DNA of 64,000 bases from Eledone cirrhosa. Lineage: Eukaryota. The DNA lies in the NCBI GenBank assembly GCA_964016885.1, contig OZ024743.1:359662001-359726000 (forward strand), given 5' to 3'. Both the position numbers and the translations under genes were made by a program. Under the pieces are notes generated by a model. That model was not told the DNA's origin. It searched no databases and was given only the letters and a program-made list of their open reading frames with translations. Numbering within the stretch: the stretch's first letter is position 1; every line of letters begins with the position of its first letter. Positions 54,517-64,000 of this stretch are shown here, one piece after another.

Positions 54517-55737
54517 CACACACACAGACACGCATACCCACACATACACACATACACACATACACACACACATATATATATATACATACACACACAGAGA
54601 CATGCATACCCACACACACACAGACAGACACATATATATATATATACACACACATATTTATGTGTATGTATGTGAGGGTATCTATATTAAATTAGGGACT
54701 GATTGACGCAGTGAGATTACACATGAAAGAATATATCTCTGTAGCCATGCATGTGTTGGCACATAGAAGATATATGTATAACGGCTGGAGTATTCGACAC
54801 GGAAGTACAATGCATATCAAAATAAATATATGGATTTGATTCATCTCTTATGTGTGTTTCAATCGAATGTCATTCAATGTAGTAAGAAAATTGATAAGAA
54901 AAAACAAACTGATATTGCGGAAAGAAATTGTAATTCGTTGAAAAAATACCACGTTACGATTGAAAGAAATTTACAACTCTGTAAAATTGCCTTACGATGA
55001 AGAGATTCTCAGTTAGGCACGTATTCTCGTGACACAAAAGAAAGCCTTTTTTATTCTTAAACAATTCTGCATACAGAGAACAGGCAACATTAAATTTGAA
55101 TCAAAATTAAATATTAAATTCCAGTTGAGATAATGGTTATACAACGTCAGTCAATGTGACTGAAAACATCGTATTGAAAGCATAGTATAAATATATCATT
55201 CTTTTACTTTTTCTACTAGTTTCAATCTCCGGTGCAGTATTGGATACAGATATATTTGATCGTTATTCATTTAGTGAACGGAAAAAAAGATACACATGTT
55301 TAGATTAATGTAAACGTAAGAGAAAGATACAAAGTCATATTTCATTCCGAAATCTTGAAATAGATTGGCCAGGCAATCTTGTAATACATACAAGCTAACG
55401 TATTTGCGATGCATGAAAAAATGTTTAATCAATTAAAATTACAAATACGATGACAAGAAATATCAGGAAAGCATAAGAGAAACAACACCCAGAAAAAAAT
55501 AAATTCAACATTGTTTGAGGTTTGTAATAAATGTTCACATTGATATAAGATCAGATTTCTAATTCTAAAAATATGAGCCGTGAATTCTCAGTAAGACGCT
55601 TAAGTTATTATGTAGTGCTATAATTGTTTGAGTATATCCTTCTTTGTCTACAATAGCACGTTTTTTTTTGTTTCTTGGGCATGGCCCCTTTGCAAGAAAC
55701 GTAAGTACTTCTATGTCTATATAATGTATCTCTTTCT

Positions 55738-56448
<711 letters not shown>

Positions 56449-56830
56449 CATATAAATCTATAATAATAAATGTGAAGACTAAAATCCAAATAGGGCTCGA
56501 TAAGGATAAATATATATCAAATATATAATAACCATAGAGCAAAATATTAACGTAGTGACTCCATTTATTCCATAAATGTGGTTTTGTCTTTGCGTGTAAT
56601 TGTTCTCTCCGCTCCACATAATGACGTATTATCTTCATTTTTTTCCGGTCATTGCCAGGGAACTTCTTCACGAACCAAAGTATCGTCTTCCTGTTTTCCT
56701 TCGATTGCAACGGTTTTCGAAATATTTATTTCTGCGTTTACAGATTGTTTTTTTTTTTATAGTTTCAGAAGATCCTGTTAAGTGTGAAAGCAGCGATTTT
56801 ATGCTTAAACTTTAATCTGTTATTTTAATA

Positions 56831-56887
<57 letters not shown>

Positions 56888-56890
<3 letters not shown>

Positions 56891-57030
56891 AAAAAGTATG
56901 ACCCTGACGGCAGAGCTCAAGCCATTTCGACGGCTATTTCTAGACTATTTGTGGACTATTTCTACTACCCTAAGTATTGAGTACTCTGGTGCGTTATGGT
57001 TCATCTAGTTGCTTACCACAACTCCCTCGT

Positions 57031-57032
<2 letters not shown>
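56888..57032 (-). mobile_element. Family A copy 5
   Basis: Reverse complement matches 12768-12905. Confidence 0.8.
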
Positions 57033-57081
<49 letters not shown>

Positions 57082-57130
57082 AAATAAATAAGTCAAATAT
57101 TTAAAATTTGGCTTCGTTTATTAAACGTGT

Positions 57131-57185
57131 ACTGCTATATATATTTCGGTGTCAGCCATCTTTGGCTGTGACCTCTTCAGGCAGT
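57131..57185 (-). ncRNA. Canonical type I HHR
   Basis: Reverse complement: actgc CTGAAGA ggt-ca-cagcca-aaga-tggctg-ac-acc GAAA tatata TA gcagt. Confidence 0.88.
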
Positions 57186-58294
57186 CCGAATTGGTGTGGT
57201 AGAAACGTGTACACATGTTGTTGAGGTGTTTAACTCCGTGAATAGTCCGATATGCTCAGATCCTGGTTGAGTTATTATTTCTCTGAGGAACTGGAATCAT
57301 ATGAATTCGAACAAACGAATTTCGGCGTCAAAGGACACCCTCTCCTCCCATTGGTCAGTTGTGAGAACATTCCTCAGTCTATAGAAATTTTTGTTGGTGT
57401 TGGTGTTGGTGTTGGTGTTGGTGTTGGTGTCAGCTTTAGTTCGGCTGCTGCTATTTTTAGAAGAATTTGCGTGTGTGTGTTGGCATCTATCCTGCCACCA
57501 TTTCTCGTGGTGGTGGTGGTGGAGGGTGGAGGGTGCCAAGCAGATGAAGAAATAAGAGAAAGTAAAATGGAGAAATAATATAAGGCAATAAAATGAAGAA
57601 AATAAAAAAAGTAAAACAAAAAAAAATAAAAACGTAAAATAAAAATAAAAAAATAAACAAAATATAATAAAATAGTAAAAATGATAAAATAATAAAAGAA
57701 TGAAATAAAATAATAAAATAAAATGCGTGTGTGTTATAACCAATCTCAAAGTTTGAGACATTTGGAAGATATTGACCGAAGTAGAAAGGCTGTGTCAGAA
57801 TCAAGAAGTGCAAAAGATCACAATCTTTATACTATCATGGCGTGGTGCGTTTTAAGAGAAAATGAGACAAGGGTGGAGTGTAAGACACCAGAACCCGAGT
57901 GTTAAAATCCTGAAATGCAGAGGACTACTGTTCCTATTTCGGCATAGAGCACATATGCGTGTATGTCAACTCACATCGTTCCAAGCAAACACGCACAGGC
58001 ACAGGGCCATGTCCCTCTCCTATGCCCACCCGCCACATTATAAACCCGCCCCACACACACCCACATACACTCACGCACACACACACCCACACCCACATGC
58101 ACACGCACACATACACACCCACACACACACATGTAAGTATCTGTGCATGTAAATCTTAAATAACAGTATCTATGTATGGACATATGCATAAGTATGTGTT
58201 GTCACAGGAGCCGATCGAGGCAGGGGTAGAGGTGGTGACTGTGCAGGGGGTGGTTTACCGCGGGCTTGGTGTGGTGGGGCTGCTGTCCTTATAG

Positions 58295-58590
58295 CTAGAG
58301 GGAAGTTCCCATCCCATTGTGTTGTTATTGTCCATATAGCTTGAGGAAGGTCCCGGCCCTGAGGTGTATGCATGTCCCGGAGGAGTCCCTATAGCTTGAG
58401 GAGAATTCCCATCCTAATGTGTTGTTACTGTCCATATAGCTTGAGGAAGGTCCCGGCCTTGAGGTGTCTACATGCTCTGTAGAAGTCCCTATAACCTGAG
58501 GGAAATTCCCATCCCAATGTGCTGTTACCGTCCATATAGCTTGAGGAACGTCCCGGCCCTGAGGTGTCTACATGTCCCGAAGAAGTCAGT
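58295..58590 (-). repeat. ~100-bp tandem repeat, 3 copies, containing the PLE ORF terminus
   Basis: ttcccatcc..gtccatatagcttgaggaa.gtcccggcc.tgaggtgt at 58306, 58405 and 58506. Confidence 0.88.
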
Positions 58591-59166
58591 CCTGAGGTTT
58601 ATTAGGCTGCTTCCACCTCTGAGTATCTCGAGGGGCTCGCTCAGACATAGTTTGCAGATGCCAGATCCCCCTTTATCAGGTGCTACTTTCCTGTTTATGG
58701 ACCAGGCCAGAGAGTACGGGATATTGTCCAACTTGAGCTTCCAGATCAATTCGGAAAGAGCCGTACTTTTCCTTTTGTCCTCCCTATTGAAGGAATGGCG
58801 ATGGTTATACCATCGGTCTTTAAAGCTCGTTGATGTGGCTCCTATGTAAAGGTGTTCAGAGTTGGGGTTTTTTACTCTACATCCGTATATTAAGTTCTTC
58901 CTAAGGGGGCGTAATTCGGGGTTTCTGCAGTTGCAGGAGGTGGTCGACCTCAGCGTTCTTAGTGTGGGGTTCCCATTACGTGTTATATGGTGGTCTTCCC
59001 CCGGGCCCGGTGGAGGGTCCCTGGGTCTATTTGGGTTTCCAGGGTGGGCACTGGGTCCACCCTTCTTTCCCTCCACATGGTTCTGCTGGGTGCTTATATT
59101 GCCAGCTTCTGGATGTGTGTGGTTTTTAAGTCTACCCCTATTGATGCTAGCTATGTGCTGGGCCAC
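58525..59166 (-). CDS. Naiad-type PLE GIY-YIG endonuclease remnant
   Basis: SCNCRNP..NLIYGC..YIGATSTSFKDRWYNHRHSF..STALSELIW..CKLCLSE..IN.R.D..CRH. Confidence 0.8.
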   Translation of the reverse strand: MAQHIASINRGRLKNHTHPEAGNISTQQNHVEGKKGGPSAHPGNPNRPRDPPPGPGEDHHITRNGNPTLRTLRSTTSCNCRNPELRPLRKNLIYGCRVKNPNSEHLYIGATSTSFKDRWYNHRHSFNREDKRKSTALSELIWKLKLDNIPYSLAWSINRKVAPDKGGSGICKLCLSEPLEILRGGSSLINLRTDFFGTCRHLRAGTFLKLYGR

Positions 59167-60925
59167 ATTTCTCTCTCTATATATAGTGAAAAAGTGAAGA
59201 ATAACATGGTGCGCTGCATAAAAGGGTTTTATTTACAGTATTAACACTTGTTTCATTGATCAGGTGAATTTAAAGGCCGCTAATCACTAGAAATTGCGTC
59301 ACTTGACCTTAAATACAGTGTGCGTCTCCGATCAAATCATAGGAATACTGAATGATGTAACACAAGGCACTGGTATTTATAGATACATCAGAGAATCAAG
59401 TAAATGAAAACAATAACACCAATAATAGAAAATAATGAATTGATGAAAAATAAAAAATAAAAATATTAGAAAAATAAAAAAAATAATAAAAAGATAAAAA
59501 ATAAGGTTATTGATAATAGTAGTAGTGGTGATGGTATATGAAGTTATAATTGTTTCTACTGTTGGCACAAGGCCATCAATTATCCCAGTGTAGTAATGAA
59601 GTTATAATGGTGAGTAAGTGGGTATGTAAATTAGTGATGATAGTAATGATAACAATAACATGAGAAGACATATGGTATATGATAGGCAACATTTTGGTGA
59701 GTGGACAGCGTATATTATAGTGTATTGAGTTTATGAATTAGCGAAATAAAAATGCAAAAAAGAAAAAATAGAAAATATATTAAAGGATTAAAATAAACAG
59801 TAAGAGAGATAAAGAACATAAAGAACAAGAGATAGAGAGTAAAGAGTAAGGATTCGAGGACGAGACAAAAGGATAGGAGAATAGATAAATAGAGAATACA
59901 AGTGAAAGGGATAGTGATGATATATAGGTGATTCAGATTGGGTAGATTGACTAATTTATTTTAATGGTGGTGATGCGACTATAGAGAGAACGGGAAAGAA
60001 AGGTTGAGGGATTCCCGATGTTGATTTAATGACCAGTTGAAAAAAAAAAATATATATATATATATATTTTTTTTTTTTGCTGGCCTTGTGTTAAACGTAG
60101 AAACATTATTATAGTTTCAACATTCAATGCAAGACGTTACGTAGTCTTCTACACAATTATCTTAATGGTTTGGGGTTCCGGCTGCGTCTGTGAGAAAACT
60201 AATTTTTTTACTCTGCTTTATCCCACTCAGTTGATAAAACAGATTTACATGAAAATCAAAGATCCACTGGTCACACACTGTTTCAAGCTAACTCTCCCAG
60301 AATTTTGTGTGTGGAATCCTCATCTACACGCACGTTTGTTTCTCGAACAAGCTGTACCATTGTTTCAACAAGTAAAACACTCATCATTCGTCGTTGAAAG
60401 CGATGGAAATCCCACGCAACAATATTACTAAAATAAAGTACCTCATACAATGCAACATCTCTAGGACAAACCGATTATTTTGTGATATTGTAGACGTTAG
60501 TACTGATAGGAAGTAGAGAAATGAAATAGTGAATTCTATAGCATTTTGAAATGGTTAATGCTTGATAACATATTGCTTTTGTTCATGGGAGCTGTGTCAT
60601 CTCTCGTTTCATTAAAGTTTCCACTGGAGACTTTTTCTTAGTTTCTATATTTTTCATAATTTTACATTCACTTTCAATGAATATTACTTTGTTTCAACTT
60701 TCTTGTTTTCTATTTCTATTCGTTTATGGTTCCTTCAGATTTGTTTCCATTATTATTTTCATAAATACACATATTTCAAATAGACATACTTCGAATATAT
60801 GCCATACATATGAATAAACTTGTATCTAATTTCTTAATTTACTTTTTCTTCTTCATCGTTCTATATATATGGATACACATATGCAGATAATGACAAAATG
60901 TAACCCACTCATACACCCACATAGA

Positions 60926-60959
<34 letters not shown>

Positions 60960-61089
60960 CGTTTTTATAATATTTGGATGTATACATACATAGAAGTATG
61001 ATCACAAGTGTAGATTTTAGATATATACTCGTATGTGTGTATATGCATGGTGGTGTTTTTGCATAAGTTATTAGAGAGTGTTTGTTAAG

Positions 61090-61765
<676 letters not shown>

Positions 61766-63114
61766 ATAAATATGTGTTCATTTTGTGTGCGCGTAGTGCA
61801 TATATTATTCATCATATCCTGCATGTTTGCCATGTGAGCGAGCATTGAAATGTGCTATATTGTTTTATACTTGTTGTAATGTACGTCATATATCTTTTCT
61901 AGCTATGATGTATAGGATCAGAAATTTAAGTTAAAAAAGAAAACGCTAAAAACAACAAGAACATTATATGGATGCGATATAATATTCACTTCCGATTCTA
62001 TATAAGTGGAACAATTTGTTTTTAGTTTTGCTTCTTTCTCTTCTAAATCTTATTTATTTTATCTTTTAATATTCTTTTGATTTATAAAACAAAACATAGA
62101 TATTCTCTTCTACATTAATCACAAAATTCAGTATTATTGATTTGTCAAGAAAATTTCAGAACGTTTTATTATTTATTTTTATAAAGAAAGTTTACAAGAG
62201 TTATTCATTTAAATAACTAGAAATTGGAATAATCGGATCAACAAAACAAAAGACATTGTTATGTTTCACTATAAGTTTTAAATTGAATTTATAATACTAC
62301 CACTGTTGAGAATTAATGAAATGTAGTTTTCCCCATTTCAGCGTTTCACTGTCTATAAGTATTCTGAAGAGATCTTTCTGTGTAAGGCTATTGATTTTTA
62401 ATTGATTGCTTCAATCACCTACTATTGAATCAGTAAACAAAAATATGTATGTTATTTCACTATCTTTCAGTTTAAAGACACATTCGTTCTTAATGTTGTT
62501 GTTTAATGTTGTTGTTTAAATTGTTGGCTTGTTTATCTCTTGGTCAATCTAAAAACGTAAAAATCCTAAGTTTTATTTTCATTTCAGAATTAGCGTACCA
62601 ACTACTATATCCTATAAGGTGGTTTCTTACGATTTATTGGATATGTTGTTTATTTTAGGTTGGCGCGTAATGTTTAAAGTGATTTCATGAATTGTCATAG
62701 CAGTATAATCCAATTACTTTTAATTATGGTTTACCTATTTTTTTACCACTGATTTTACCATGTTTTTTCAATTGCGTTACAATATTGGTAAGGTACATTC
62801 AACCAAATCAGTTCTCACTGGAAGATTTAATATGTAGCTTACTGGTAATATTCTAATATTACGTGTTTTTGTTTATGTTTTATTTCACGTTACTCCTTCT
62901 ACTTGGAGTTGCGACCGATAGATAGTATTAGCAATTGGAAAGACAAATGGAAACGTTGTTTCCTCAGTCCGATTTGATGAAAGCAGATTATTCCTTTGTT
63001 TATGTTTTAATTGTACCTTCATTATTGAATCTTATTTTACACTGTTTCACTCGAAATAGTAACTGAAGGTAAAATTGAATTGCATGTGAAACCAAAATTA
63101 GCATCTATCTAGGG

Positions 63115-63292
63115 CGGGTAAAATTCCCGAGATCCATGGACGAGTTCTCTCCAGCGCTCTCTGTCCCTCATTATCGCTGCCATGTCCTGCGTCTCCAAGA
63201 GACCAGTGTCTGTCTTTAGGGCATCAACATACGTTAACCTTCATCTTCCTCTTCCAGTGAGTCCATGTAGGGGCTCCCACAGGAGCATTGAG
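63115..63292 (-). mobile_element. RTE-like LINE 3' end
   Basis: Reverse complement reads LLWEPLHG..GR..LTYVDALKTDTGL..MRDRERWR. Confidence 0.65.
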
Positions 63293-64000
63293 TGCAATGT
63301 CATGCATGCAAATAGCATGCAAATATTAATTCAAGGAAAAAGAGTCAGAAAGTGACAATGAAGAAACGGACGAAATACAGGACAGTCGCTCTTATCAGTC
63401 GATCACTTGATTGGATAATGTCTTTTGTTTGGTCAAGATAGCAATCACTTAAATACATAAAAGCCTTCAAATGTGAGTAATGTACCGACATTAAAATCCC
63501 TTTTCTTTCAATACAGCCTATACAGGCTTATACATCAGACCCAAATGTGTTACCCCAATAAAAGTGTCGACCGCTCATTAGGCTAATGTTTTTATGGATG
63601 TTTTTATGACAGTAGTGGCATTTTTTTTTAAAGATCATATGCCTTCTTTGGAGACAATGTAGACATACTCCCTCATGTGGGGAATTTGGAGCAACAGATA
63701 ATCAATTTTATTATATTTACCTTTTATGAATTATTTCATGGAGTACAGAGAACAATATGCTTGAAAGCATTTTTATAGAAGCATATTTAGAGAATCAATA
63801 ACTTCTGAATTGTTTAAACGAGAGATCGTTAGGTATTGCATATTTAATACACAACAAGTAATTCACGAATAATAAAATGAAGGAATAAATAACGATGATA
63901 ATGGATTTATTTTAGGAAAGACGAAGAATCTTGGTGTTTACTATTAATATAAACTTAAAATAGAAATTGTAATAAATGAAAGTATTTTGGGAAGTATGTT

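Larger units (their letters stand above)
57090..59200 (-). mobile_element. 5'-truncated Naiad-type PLE (GIY-YIG, long 3' UTR and terminal HHR)
   Basis: ORF 58525-59166 and an HHR at 57131-57185 next to (TA)n. Linking the two is an inference. Confidence 0.68.

Noticed and set aside
58295-58590. ~100-bp periodic repeats as a CRISPR-like array
   Set aside because: Whole units are homologous, with no unique spacers, and they derive from the PLE ORF end.
62575-62796. Exon-like segment with ttttcatttcag acceptor and TG/gtaagg donor
   Set aside because: All three frames contain stops. A non-coding exon cannot be excluded but is unsupported.

Overview
AT-rich, microsatellite-dense eukaryotic DNA made almost entirely of retroelements and simple repeats. 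The repeat and SINE content resembles a cephalopod (Octopus-like) genome; this is an inference. No host protein-coding exon is supported, and most short ORFs are translations of (TA)n/(CA)n/(TATG)n. Main contents: a near-complete Neptune-type Penelope-like element (PLE, 37862-44655, minus) in partial-tandem pLTR arrangement; Naiad-type PLE remnants (12927-14182, 15344-20462, 32751-33437, 57090-59200); an R4/Dong-clade RLE retrotransposon between (TATG)n tracts; Tx1/L1, RTE and CR1 remnants; and tRNA-derived SINEs. The most notable signals are: (1) about 20 type I hammerhead ribozyme (HHR) motifs, with four unrelated families using a compensatory U3-A8 core; (2) a 318-bp HHR tandem repeat (retrozyme-like); (3) an in-frame HIV-type UUUUUUA slippery site joining a 421-aa ORF1 to the RT-GIY-YIG ORF of the Neptune PLE; (4) a recurring (TA)n-arm'-loop-arm-tail-(TA)n fold-back architecture in many unrelated short elements. 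All calls were made by eye, and element boundaries are approximate.
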